Source: Lama glama (Eukaryota). From it: a DNA stretch of 64,000 nucleotides. A model generated the notes under the pieces. That model saw only the letters and a program-made list of their open reading frames with translations, had not been told where the DNA came from and did no database searches. The position numbers and the translations under genes were made by a program. The DNA lies in assembly GCA_028534125.1 (NCBI GenBank), contig CM052817.1:75208001-75272000 (forward strand). The letters run 5' to 3'. Below are positions 27,801 to 40,870 of the stretch, in pieces (within the stretch, counting starts at the first letter, position 1; each line of letters opens with the position of its first letter).

Positions 27801-29302
27801 TGATTCCATAAGGACCTTGAAGAAGGAAATGATGAATAAAGTTACACTGCAGAAAAAAAAATTGTTTGGTTCATGTTAAATAGTCATTTAATAACAAAAT
27901 CTACAAGACTCCAAGAAGCCAGCACAGTTTATATATGTTTGAAATTGATTTCCTGTTGACTTGTCTTAAATCTAACCTAAAGCTGTGGGTGCTGTGCATA
28001 AAATCATCATTAATACTGCCTCAATTTTAATAGCATCTAAGTTTCCTTGGAACGCAAGGTTGAAAGAGTTGATCAAACAGAATAAAACACTCGTGAGATA
28101 GTAATCATATTTGACTTCTTCAAACATAAAATTTTTTCTTAAATTTTAATTATTTCATGTGCCACATGCACTAATAAAATTATGAAAGTAAAGAATTTGG
28201 GTCAAAGTGTATCTGTTTAGACGACCAACTGTTACTCTGAAAACTAGGATTAATTAGTCAGTGATATACAACTTCAGACAACAGTTCTCTGGTAGGCCTT
28301 TGACATGCATAGAGACAGCAGAAGGAATTTCCAATTGTCCTACAAAGTTCAAAATGGATACTTGTTTGTCAGAACATGGACTATAGGAAAACCACAAGGC
28401 TCTACTCCTGGCACATGGCAGGTGATAAGCTATTCAAATTCTTCATTATAACAATTTGGGTTTCTATAAACAACTATGAATTGAGCCTGTAAATTTAGCC
28501 CTCATCTGTAACAGCAGGGCTGCTATGAGGTTACATAATAAAATCGGCGGCTGTTAGCTTGGCTGCCAGAAGAAATGTCTGAATTAGAGTTACATTTGAG
28601 CAACTTACTTTCAATGGAGCTACTACCAGCAAATTTCTTTGAAGATTCTATATTTTATCCAATAAAGTAGTTTCAACAAATCTTTTGAATCTCAAACATA
28701 TTAGTAAGCTAGATAAGTGTTTTTCTACTTATTTTGAATTAGTCATTTCCAAATGTATCTATAGGCAATGAGAAAGGAAAATTTTGTTAGAGTGAACAAA
28801 ATTCATATACATAATTGTAAAGGGATAAAATTGTTTCAGTAGATTCAGTCGTTGTTTTAATTGATTGCTTAAAAATTTTTAAAACATAGAAATAAGTCAG
28901 ACTTAAAAAGTCCTTTTTATGAGAAAATTGTGAAAAGCATTGAATTATTCACATTTTTAACACAGGCAACATGCTAGATTCACATTAAGAGAGGATAAAA
29001 TTAGGTAATTCATTGCATGCATTGTCATTTTTAAATTTGTATGCTCTTGTATCCTATGTTTTAGAAGAACATATTTTTGTGGATTTAAAACATTGTTATT
29101 AATTGCATTATGTTTATCAAAAATTCCAGCTGCAAAAATTATACAATTTATCCACATATCTTTTTGGCAGTCATGTTAGGTAGTGATGGCTTAATATCAT
29201 AATATATATTAAAAAATGAGAAGCCCATTCCAAAATCTGTCATTTCTTTTTTTTTTTTTTGCTTGATTAATTTTGTTGCAGCTATTGGGTGGAAAGAAGG
29301 TG

Positions 29303-29481
29303 TTTTTTTTTTCACATTTTTTCTCTGTGATTTATCATAACATTTTGTGTATATTTCCCTGTGCTATACAGTGTAATCTTGTTTATCTATTCTACAATTT
29401 TGAAATCCCAGTCTATCCCTTCCCACCCTCTACCCCCCTGGTAACCACAGGTCTGTATTCTCTGTCCATGAGTCTATTTCT
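29303..29481 (-). mobile_element. Lineage-specific L1 3' UTR fragment
   Basis: 'tttccctgtgctatacag...atcccttcccaccctctacccccctggtaaccacaggtctgtattctctgtccatgagtctatttct'. Confidence 0.8.
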
Positions 29482-31033
29482 AATAAATGTAATGAATGAA
29501 CGTAGAAAATAAGATTGTTTTTCTGGGTAATGTTTCCCAAAGCATGAACTAAACTTCTATATAGATAATTATCTGAACAGAAATTTAAACGAGGAAAAGC
29601 ATAATTCCATTTCACATGTATACAATATATAATATATTTACACATAGATATACCTACACTGCACAACCTATATGTATACTTAATATAAAGGAAGACAAAA
29701 TTCCTTTTAGAAGGAATTTGATTCTGAGTATAAGAATAGAAATTCTGAAAAAAGGCAATTTTGGAAGAAGTAATTTATCTAGATTTACATCTTAATAATA
29801 AGACTGATGGCTAATTATTCTATTCACTGGAACTGAATGAGGAAAGCTCACTCTTTTTCACTCCTGGCACTTTAAAATGTTAGCACACATACACACATAG
29901 AGGCAGGGTTCTTTGGTTTTAAAAGCTGTTTGGATGTTTATTATCATTTTCTTCATCTGGCTTCTTCCAAAAGTGCTGATATCTACAGCTTGAAAATTAT
30001 GGGTTAAGTAGGAATGGTTCTTTCTTTGTGACTTTCTTTTAGATTAAAATTGGAAATCACAGTTCTAATCCCCCTTTTTTCTCTGATTCTTAACTGTAAT
30101 AACTATTAGTCATAAATGTCAGTTTCACATGGAACTAAATTTATTTAAAATATAGTATATTCAAAAGCGAAAGTGTCTTCTTTGTTCTTTCCCACAACCT
30201 GAACAATGATAGAATCAGAGGCACCTTGTTGTTCCTTTTAATAATATTAAACTTCAGCCTTCTTACACATGTCATTGAATAAGCCCGCATTCAGTCTAAA
30301 ATTCTCTTCAAAACATGCATTTTCCTTCCTACTGTTCTTTTAATTTTGCACATTATAAGCTTAATTCTCCAATCCACAGGTTTACACAGAGGGTGGGGAA
30401 AATCACAATTCTCACCCCTGTAGGAGTACTGCCTTTCCTGCAAGCTTTTTCTACCCCTCAAGACCCAGGAGATGTTGAGGACATGGTGTGTGTCTACTGA
30501 CAGAGCGATCAACTCCAAGTCTGTGCTCCATCACACCTTAGTGCTTCCAATATACAGACTGTGTGTGTATGTGATTGTGTGCACAAAATGTTGTGATGTT
30601 GTGCCAGCAGACAATGGCTCAATAACTGATACATCAGTGTAGGTGGAATTTATAGCTTGTAACAGGGAACTTGAAATGGTTTTGATGCGGACATAAGGTT
30701 TTTCACCCCATGCAGTTAGTTGTGATGGCTCCCCATGGAGGTGACAAGGGAAACAGGACAGTAAATGGAGTATGAACTTTTGTGTGCAGTCTTATTCTGT
30801 TGCATAGTCTTTCACTGAAGTCAGTATAACATCAGGACAAAGCTAACTCACCTTAAGCATTGCATTATATTGAAAAATTAGCAAAAACAGGGCTTAAAAT
30901 CAGAAATAGCAGTGAAACCCAGTGCTCCAAATATGTGTAAATTAAGAATGTATCTATAAAATTTAACACTGTATCTGTAAAGTATTTCAGTACACCAGGT
31001 CTGGATGAAGTTATTTTCTAAAGTTAATTCTGA

Positions 31034-31068
31034 ATTGCTTCTCGGCCTTTTGGCTAAGATCAAATGTA
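31034..31068 (+). pseudogene. RNU2: 3'-truncated U2 snRNA retropseudogene (U2 nt 1-35)
   Basis: attgcttctcggccttttggctaagatcaaatgta matches U2 ATCGCTTCTCGGCCTTTTGGCTAAGATCAAGTGTA at 33/35. Direct repeat taaagttaattctg at 31019-31032 and 31067-31080. Confidence 0.93.
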
Positions 31069-32189
31069 AAGTTAATTCTGGAGTCTGACCATTTATTAGA
31101 CATACTGCATGAGAAAATGGGATAATAATTACTATAGAAAGTCTTGCATTAGGACCTGAAGATTTTGAGAGTGACAATATATAGGTGTTTCAATGATTAA
31201 TCAAAATAGAAGAAATAAAGGGAAACAGAGATGTAAAATTATTACCAAGTTTCTGTATATTCTTTCAGCAGGTAATGGGAATATGGAGAATAGTTAGATA
31301 TTTCTTCTGAAACATTCTTGTTTACCTTTACTTCAAGCTTCCAAAAAAAATGGAGAGGGAAATGATTAGCTTCATTCATAAGAAAATATAAACACTTGAT
31401 TAGTGGTTTTAAAATTTTTTCGCTACAAATTGCACCCATTTGTGTTAGTGTGATGCCCACATCTGTGAAGTGTACAAACATCTGTGAAGTGCTATAATTG
31501 TTTTCAGTAATAGATTCTTCAGAGCTAACATCTGGTGCTACATAATCTCAGAATATCTGATGCTTCTGTCCAGATGAGGAACTCATATTCTAGTCCTACA
31601 CCCCAATTTTCCCCATCACTATAAGGCTGAATCTTGTTGTTAGATCAGACAGATTTTTCATCTCTAAATTTCTTCAACTTTCTTACTATATTCAGGAACA
31701 CTGGTGGACATTGATCCTCAATTTTAATTTCCCAAGTACCTATACAATTCTTAGGCAAGGAATAGTTTCAAATCATAGGTCTATCATAATGAATGGATAG
31801 GGAACACTTATGAAAGTTATAACATTGTGTTCAGGCATAGTGGGCCATATATGTGGATGTCCAGTATCAGAGAAGCAAAGGGAGGACTAGGAGCAAACTG
31901 GGTAAGTGCATGACATTGGTGCTGTCAGCATGTTTCTCATTTGTACTGTTGTTGAAAGAGTATGGGTCCTGAGACAGGAAAACTTGATTCAGAATGATTA
32001 TCATTTTCTTAAATGTGATTTTGATTCAGTTTAATTCCTTGAGCCCTATTTTCCTACAATGGGAATAGTTTTTTATAACTGCAAAATCTGTGCCAATGTT
32101 CAGTAAGGGTCAGTTCTTTTGCCTTCTTTCATCCCCAGTTACAGATGTAAGTATCAAAATATAAGAAAGAAAAAAAAATGCCATATTTG

Positions 32190-33343
32190 TCTCCCAAGAC
32201 AATAGAAATAAAAGCAAAAATAAACAAATAGGACCTAATTAAACTTAACCAGATTTTGCACAGCAAAGGAAACCATAAACAAAACAAAAAGACAACCTAC
32301 AGACTGGGAGAAAATATTTGCAAATGATGCAACTTACAAGGGCTCAATTTCCAGAATATATAAACAACTCATACAACTTTTAATAACAACAACAACCAAA
32401 AAAACCAAATAATGAAATCCAAAAATGGGCAGAAGACCTAAACAGACATTTCTCCAATGAAGACATATAAATAGCCAAAAGGCACATGAAAAGATGCTCA
32501 ATATTGCTAATTATCAGGAAATGCAAATCAAAGCTACAATGAGGTATCACCTCACACCAGTCAGAATGGCCATCATTAAAAAGTCCACTAATGATAAATG
32601 CTGGAGAGGGTCTGAAGAAAAGGGAACCCTCCTACACTGCTGGTGGGAATGTAATTTGGTGCAGCCATTATGGAAAATGGTATGGGGATGCCTTAAAAAA
32701 CTAAAAATAAACTTACCATATGATCTAGCAATCTCACTACTAGGCATATATCCTGAGAGAACTCTAATTTGAACAGATACATGCACTCCAATGTTCACAG
32801 CAGCACCGTTTACAACAGTCCAAACACAGAAGCAATCCAAATGTTCACCTACAGATGACTGGATGAAGAAGTTGTGGTATATATACAAAGGAATACTACT
32901 CAGTCATAAATAAGAATGAAATAATGCCATTTGCAGTAACATGGATGGATCCAGAAATTATCACACTAAGTGAAGTAAGTCAGAGAGAGACAAATATGTA
33001 ATATCACTTATTTGTGGAATCTAAAAAAATGACACAAATGAATATAAGTTACAAAACAGAAACAGACTCACGGACAGAAAATAAACTTACAGTTACCAAA
33101 GGGGAAAGGTGGAGGGGGATAAATTGGGCATTTGGGATTTGCAGATACTACTTACTATACATAAATTAGATAAGCAACAAGGTCTTACTGTATAGTACAT
33201 GGCACTATTCAATATCTTGCAATAATCTATAACCAAAAAGAATATGAAAATAACATATATATATATATATATAACTGAATCACTATGCTGTACACCAGAA
33301 ACTAACATAACATTTTAAATCAACTATCTTTAATTAAAAAAAG
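32190..33343 (+). mobile_element. 5'-truncated L1 (ORF2 C-terminus and 3' UTR)
   Basis: ORF 32494-32772 '[51 protein letters not shown]' is the ORF2p Cys-rich C-terminus; ends in an A-tail. Confidence 0.95.
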
Positions 33344-33603
33344 TTATATTTATATAATTTCAATATCATCAATATTTTTAAAAACACTTTATAATGTGAC
33401 TACTGTCAGGAACATGTTAATATGTAGTGTATAGGAAAATATTAGTTTTTAATGTAGTTATTAATAACCAATATAGAAGACATTTACAAAAAGATAAGCA
33501 AATGAATCAGTAGTGCATTTCCTTAAAGACTTAAAGATCTTCTCACCTTGGGAAGAATATTTACACGTCTGGCATTTGTTACTAATTCCAAAAGATATAT
33601 ACA

Positions 33604-33824
33604 TTTTTAATGTATTTATTTATTTTGTTTTTTGGGGGGAGGTAATTAGCATTATTTATTTATTTACTTATTTACTTACTTACTTTTTAAATTTTTATTT
33701 ATTTATCTATTTATTTATCTATTTATTTATTTATTTATTTATTTTCAGAGGACGTACTGGGGATTGAACCCAGGACCTCATGCATGCTAAGCATGTGCTC
33801 TACCACTTGAGCTACACCCTCCCC
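33604..33824 (-). mobile_element. tRNA-derived SINE (Vic-1-like) with expanded (TTTA)n tail
   Basis: Reverse complement of the head is ggggagggtgtagctcaagtggtagagcacatgcttagcatgcatgaggtcctgggttcaatccccagtac. It shares the 'ttttgggggg..aggtaatta' tail motif with the copy at 5941-6081. Confidence 0.88.
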
Positions 33825-35743
33825 GCTAATTACAAAATACTTTTAATATCTGCAGTTGTCACTAGCCAGATTTATTAAAGGTAAAATAGCATTAGGAAAG
33901 TACTTTAAGCTCTTTTGAAATAAATATGAATGAAAACAGCAACTACAATAATTACTAGAATTGTGTCTCTTTGTAGACATAAAATACTAAAGAATTAATA
34001 GCTAACACTGTTTGCTTCTCTACTGCAAATCTGCTCATTTTCACTCTTTTTTATCCATAGTGTAGTTCTTAGGTGGAGAGGCAACATGTTTGCTGTATTG
34101 AGAACAGTGGGGCTTCATTACAACTGATTGGAGAAAAATAGTAATTTAATTAATCTGAATTTGAATCCATTCTTCCATTCTGGTCAACTTAATTTCAGTT
34201 TCAATTCATTTTTACACTAGACTGCATTCTTGACTAACTCTTCTTTTTAGGACTTATGGGTATTTTAAATTTCAGATATGGTTTTATAGCTTTACATTTT
34301 GATATTACAAACCCAACTTGTATCCATGATAGATAATAGAAATGCTCATTTGAAGAAGCTTGTTTAGATTTTATAAAACTGTTCTGTGGACATTATTTAA
34401 ATTTTGTTTAATATAATTTATATAAAAAGTCATAACATAAATTATTCCCAGTGATTGGAATTGAAGGTTTTATTTTTCCTCCTAAAAATGGACTTGCACT
34501 TAGACCATTGCAGTCAATTATTCACTAAATTCACACTTCGAATTTTTTGACACAAAGTTGAACAGGATAGTCTTAAACTTCAGTAATATATTTAGCCTAA
34601 GTTTTCATCACAAAAAAGCTCGCCCTACTCCCATTCATTACTTGTGTCCAATTACGTTTTATGCTATCAGAGTGTATGTATTTTAAGTCATCTAAAATAT
34701 GCATTGAAGTATCCAAATTATAAATCAAAAATAAAGTAAATTATATTTGTAAACAGGAACTTGCTAATAGAACTTATTTTTTCTGAATGACCAAAAAAAA
34801 AAAAAAAGATTACTAAGTGTAGCAATAGCATCTAATTATTTCACGGATGATTCAGGTGAAACATGGCCAAAAACGTGGAGTTTTTGAGACTTACAACAGA
34901 TTACTGAGGATAGTTGGGAATTCTTTTTACAGACTGTAGATGAAGTAGCAACACTCTGAAAGCCTGGCCTATTCACGGCAACAATTTTGGAAAATGTGGT
35001 TTAATAATGACACACTTTGGTCATTCTCTTGCTGAGAATCAAATGGGTACTGCCCTTCAGAGCAATATAACTATTGTAGTACTGTGAAAGCTTTCCAAGT
35101 CTGACCATCTGTGCCTCTAAACTTGTCCTAAAGATGTCAACAGCCTCACTGAAAAGCTGTAATACCTTTTTTCTTTATAATTGCCTTGGCTATGAATAAG
35201 GACTTTCATCCTTTGTGGATAGAGTTTGAAAGACTACATCTGGAACATAAATAATCTAAAACCAATAGTTTTGCAGAAATGGCTTCTAGAAAATGTAAGG
35301 AATAGGACAAAACTGTGACTGCAATTTTACGTACGAAGAAATAACTGGAAGAAATTATTCACTCGAGCATGTGTAAATGAACCATACTCTCAATCTAGAA
35401 ATAAGAGAGAGTTCTTTATTCTTTGAAAATTAACAGGAGACACCTTCTCCCTTTTTAACAACTTCATTTCTGCCAGTAAAGTATAGAATTATATTTACCA
35501 TCTTCCTTCAGGTAACAATATTTAATCTCTTTCTTCAAAGATGTATGTGAGTGTGACTTTTACTAAAGTATCTGCTGCAGAAGCCAGAGATTTCTCAGAA
35601 ATTATCTCATAAAATTACTGTTCTGTCCTTCACTATTTAAATTAGGCATTGAAATTAGATTGGTCTTTTATAAATACTCATTAGTGGTCTAATTCTTTCT
35701 CTAGTGGTAGTCTTCACAGCTGGAGACAGAACTGTCATAGTAC

Positions 35744-36097
35744 TGTAAAGGAAAAGCCCAGCTGGGCTAACAAGCTAAGTCACAAATCTAAGTGCAACAA
35801 GTGTCGGATTACTGATCTGAGTTCTGCTGGGCTAACTCATAAATCTGAAGTTTAGTGTCAGTCTATTGGGCTAACGAGCTCAGTCACAAATCTAAGTGTG
35901 ATAAGTGTCGGTTTACTGATATAAGTTCTGCCGGGCTAACTTNNNNNNNNNNNNNNNNNNNNNNNNNNNNNNNNNNNNNNNNNNNNNNNNNNNNNNNNNN
36001 NNNNNNNNNNNNNNNNNNNNNNNNNNNNNNNNNNNNNNNNNNGTTCCAGCCCTCCGAGTGGTGCTTGTTTCTTGGCTGGCCTGTCATTTCCATAACA
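35744..36097. mobile_element. Young ERV LTR (probably ERV1-type) spanning an assembly gap
   Basis: TG...CA ends with imperfect inverted termini (tgtaaaggaaa / tttccataaca), 4-bp TSD gtac at 35740-35743 and 36098-36101, and internal 104-bp repeats. Confidence 0.72.
35943..36042. other. Assembly gap (100 N)
   Basis: Run of exactly 100 n. Confidence 0.99.
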
Positions 36098-39000
36098 GTA
36101 CACATATTCAAATTCTAAAAGGAATTGTTCATATTCTTTTGAGAGAATAAAAAATCATCTCCTCTTCCTTCTTCGTCTTAATTCATTTTCTCTTTTGGTT
36201 CATGAAGGGGACACAATTAGGTGAGGTGTCATGGGGGAGAGGCCATGGAGACAATGGGAAAGACAGTCTCATTAACTGAAATTGTATTTCCTGCTTGTTA
36301 ATTATCTGGATGCTATTGCTACCTGATTTGAGATAAGTAACTTCTAAAAATGTTGAGATTTCTTTGTAACATATTATTAACATAAAGTTTAAATTTTAAT
36401 TGGATTTTTGGTAAGTGGCCTTTATTACTCCTGGCAGAGACATGACATACAATAACTAAATAATACCATTGGAGTCAAAGGGATTCCAAATGTCAGGATG
36501 GTAATGAGAATGGTTCAGACTATGCTTCAAATTTTCAAAATCAAAACAGAAAAACCAACCAGGCACAGTTTACTCAGCAATGAAAATGAGTCTCCTGCCC
36601 TCCAACCCACTACCCAGGCATGTATGAAGAAGAAATACAAGAATAAAATATTGAGCCTTGTGTGCTTAAATGCTGTAATATAATGAAGAATCATAGGACC
36701 TACTGCTATGCTTTTGAATTCAAATTTGATTAGATGTTCTTGGAGGTAAGGGAAAATATCATATCTAAGTTATATAAAAATATGTCCCGATTCTGCATGG
36801 CAACTAGGTTTGATACAATCTCTGATGTCAGAACCTACTCCACAAAAACAGTTGGCTATTGCAACTACCCTAAACTTGGAATGATGCACTGAATGAGAGT
36901 GTGATAGCATGCAGAAAGAAGTATCATTTGTACCTTCTCAGGAAAGAAGTAATGTGACTGCTACAGGATACATATTGTTTGGAAAGTTTAACTTTTTTCC
37001 TAAAAAAATTCTAACTTTCCCTTATTTAAGAAGTTAGCTCTCTCTATATTTAATTTCCTCCGGTAAGTGTAGGGCAGATCAAAAAGTGAAAAAAAAAGCA
37101 AGTCTTCCTAGTTTTTGCTTTCCAGATGTTTAAGCTATTGGAGAGGACTTAGTAAGTTTGGAAAATAAGTAAAAATAAAGAGCATGTACATAGGCATCAA
37201 AATAGTCAATTTCCAGCCTTGCCTTTGACCAAGATCTTATCCTTGACTTAAGAGAGACAAGCTGATAAGGACGACACATTTTTTTCTCAATACCACTGCC
37301 GCTTGTGTGGAGACCTACAGGGCAAAGTATTTGACTTTGTTATTTGACCTGCGAGTTAAAAACTCTAGGCTATACAGTAATATGTTTAATATATATTTTA
37401 ACTAGAATGTTGTAGAGGGCTAAGTCTGCTGTTCTGTTGAAAAATATACTGAGTATAGCCTTATATTTTATCAGAGTAAATTCTGCATCAGAAGGGTCTT
37501 GGCTTTGAAGACTTTCTCTGATTAAGCTATGTGATCATTGATTTCTTCCTTTCACAATTAGAAACCCAAGTCAGCATGCTATAAACTATTTCCCACTGTA
37601 GTGGCCATATCCTAGCAAATTATAAATATCACTGTAGCTTGTAACCATTCCTTTGTATGCAAATCTATCTCCATCAAAACATTTACATTGCTTCAGCATT
37701 TCTCAAATCAAAGCTACTATTGGATTATGTATTACTATAGCATATGTATTTATATGTACTGGACTATGTAGAAATCTATGCTTAGAATATAGATAAGCAT
37801 ACTTAAACATGAATACACACATATTTCACTTATGCACATTATGTATGACTGGGTAAACAAATCATCAAAAAAATCTTTAGAATGCACTCTTTCCATTTTA
37901 AAATAGGAGATGCTTACTAATTTTATTGATTATTGACTCAGATTTGAGGGAAATTATTTTTAACATGCAGTAATTAAAATTTCACTAGGCATTTGTAAAT
38001 TGCAAGCAATATCTTATTATCTACAAACTTTCTCTTTCATTCTGTAATACACATATTCAAAGGGTTCTATCTTTATTAAAATGCCTAAGTTATACATATT
38101 TCAGTCATATTTCTCTTTTATTATAGTATATAAAATATATCTAATTAGATACAATGCTTTTGATTATTTAAACTTTATTTTTTTCCTCCTCAGTTTTAAC
38201 CTGGGGGCCACTTGTGAACCTTCATTTGAGCTTACTTTCTCTTGCCAGTGATTATGGATGCACACTAACATTTTACTATGCTACAGATCAATACGTCTGG
38301 CTCCACAAATTATATCGCCAATATTTGTTTCTATGAGTTATAAAGCATATGATTAGTTTTTCACACTCTAATCATAAAATAGAAATGAAAATTTAAAATA
38401 TTCCAGATGAAAAAATCAAAACTGCAAGACATAAATAGGTATTTAGATTATATACTGATAATTAAGTGCATGAACATTTGAGAGTCAAAATAAAGATACA
38501 CAACTCCACTTATTAGCTCTTTTAGAATTAAGTCATAGGATATACACTTGTCAAGGAGTTTTTACCACCTAAGTTTGATGATTTCTAGTATACTATTAAT
38601 TTAACATCTAAATTACTGGTATATAATTTGAATTTCCAAATGGCTGAAACCTGAGCAGATTGCAGCTGTTCCAGTTGTTAAGTATCTCAGTGACAAAGCT
38701 TGTGAGTCATGTGACAGAAGGAAAGATGAGAAGTAACGCTAGTCCATTAAGCCACAGAGTGAATTACAAATTAGTCAGCAAATTCAAGGGTTCAGAAACT
38801 ATCAAAAATAATTTCAAAAGTCCAAAATTTGGAAATTCAGTGAAACAGAGATAAGAAGCTTGGACTTTAGTGAAAAACATCTGATTGAGATTTATAAGAG
38901 TAAGGCCAGAGGCATTTTATTTTAAGCAGGTGGTAAGATTCTTCCAAAAATTTTTGTTGGTCGTCATAGTTTGTATGTAGTGTTTTGAGTTCATAGAAAA

Positions 39001-39439
39001 GAGCTTGGGAAGATATATATAAGGTACCTCAATATTTTTCAAATCCACTTATCATAAAGTTAGTACTTCTACATGTGCAATTATTTTCTTAAAACTATAT
39101 TTCAAGCATTTAAATTGTTTCAGAGCATATTCATTCTACCAAAGAAGATATGATTAACTTAGAAATAAGTACAAAAACCTTGCTTTGCCCAAAGTTATTA
39201 AAATAGAAATACATCTGTGTGTACGTATGCATGCATAGTATATACTCACAAACTAGGTATAGTATTTACATAGTGATTCAAGGGCCATGAATAGCAAGGC
39301 ATTCTTGAAGTAAAGGTGAGACTGACAGTGAGTTTCTTGTCTCATTTCCAGTCCTAGAAGGAAGTTTTCAGCACTTTACTATTAAGTATGCTATTTGCTT
39401 TTTTTTTTTTGTAGGTATCATTTATCCGACTGAACACCT

Positions 39440-40870
39440 TACAAGATATCAAGAATTATTACAAATTAGAGTAATAAATAGCATAATATTGGCAGAAGAA
39501 TGTGCAAATAAGGCCCAGGAATATACAGAAAGTTCATTCACCAATAGAGACTAGTGGAGAAAATATGAGCTTTTCAATAAGAAGTTCTGGGCCAAATGAA
39601 TAGTCCAATGGAGGAATAAATAAATCTTAACCCAGTAATTCATACTGTAAAAATATGAATTAGGTAGATTGTGGATTTAAATGTAAAAATGTAAAACAAA
39701 GCTTCAAGAAGTCAGCACAGGAGAATGGCCTCATGACCACTATATAAACAAGGATTTCTTTATATGACATAAAAGCCCTGACAATAATAACAAGCTTTAT
39801 AAACAATAAACCCAATACCTTAAAAATTACAAAGTTTTGTTCATCAAAAATACCATTAAAAAGTGAAAAATAAACATCAAGTGAGAGAATTTATTTCAAC
39901 GTTTACACTAATTACTTGTTTCCAGAATATTCAAGAACTCAAACAAGCCATTAAGTAAAAGAGCACCTAGTAGAACAAAGAGCAAGAGATGTGAGAAAAC
40001 ACATTATATCAAAGTATATCAATGGCAACCAACTATACAAAAAATTGCTCAACCTTATTAGTAATCAGGGACACACAATTAAAAGCACAAAGAGATACTA
40101 ATACCAACTCCCCAAAATGGCAAAATCAAATCAAAACAAAACAAAATAAATCAACTATCAAGTAATGCCTAAGATGTGTCAATAGTAACTCTCTTACACA
40201 GACAAAAGGAATGTAAATAGGCAATTATTCAGCTATTACTGAAAATGTTTTGACCTAATCTACTTCAGTTGAAAATACATAAGCCTTATGACTTAGCAAT
40301 TGTGCTCCTGGGTAGATAAGAAGTATGTGCTTATAGGCACTTACAGACAGGTACAGGAATGTTATACAGAAACCAATAAGGAAATATTGGTAAAAAGCCA
40401 AATTATTTATTATTAGAAAAATAGATAAATAAAATTTGATAAATTCATTTATTTAAATATTAAAACCCAATTAAAATTAAAAAATTACTCTAACACTTAA
40501 CATCAGAGATGAGTTTCATAAATATGATGTTGAGTGAAAGCCAGATATTACTTATATCTATATCTGTATTTATGTATATGTATATAATGTAGCTTAGAAA
40601 TACTTTACATAAAATTAGTACACCAAATGTGTGTTTATATATAGATACACATGTATGTATGTATATATAATAAATGCATTGTGCATATTTTATATAGTCT
40701 GTATTATATAATTTATAAATAAGCATGTATATCATGCATAAAGTAATATTAAAATCAAGATAGTGATTACCTTTAGGAGAAGGAAAGAAGTATTTGCAGT
40801 TGGGAAGGGGCAAGATAACTTTCTGGGTTTCTGGAGACAATTTATTTCTAGAACTGAGCTGTGCATATTC
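39440..40870 (+). mobile_element. Old L1 (L1ME/MD-like) ORF2 3' part and 3' UTR
   Basis: 'gcttttcaataagaagttctgggccaaatg', 'gtagattgtggatttaaatgtaaaa', 'gctcaaccttattagtaatcaggga', 'tatgacttagcaattgtgctcctggg', 'gatagtgattacctttagga'. Confidence 0.8.

Noticed and set aside
30291..30518. Overlapping ORFs with splice-like signals on both strands
   Set aside because: There is no consistent acceptor/donor pair with a recognisable product.
31460..31492. Short direct duplication acatctgtgaagtg (similar ones at about 2696-2723 and 61872-61902)
   Set aside because: These are ordinary slippage microduplications with no sign of function.
32547..32888. 113-aa minus-strand ORF
   Set aside because: It is the antisense reading of L1 ORF2 and 3' sequence.
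35763..35942. CRISPR-like repeat array
   Set aside because: The whole 104-bp unit is repeated with no unique spacers, the context is mammalian, and it sits inside LTR termini.
38194..38336. Strong polypyrimidine acceptor followed by a 47-codon frame (LTWGPLVNLH...)
   Set aside because: The peptide is unrecognised and there is no partner exon or donor, so it cannot be supported.
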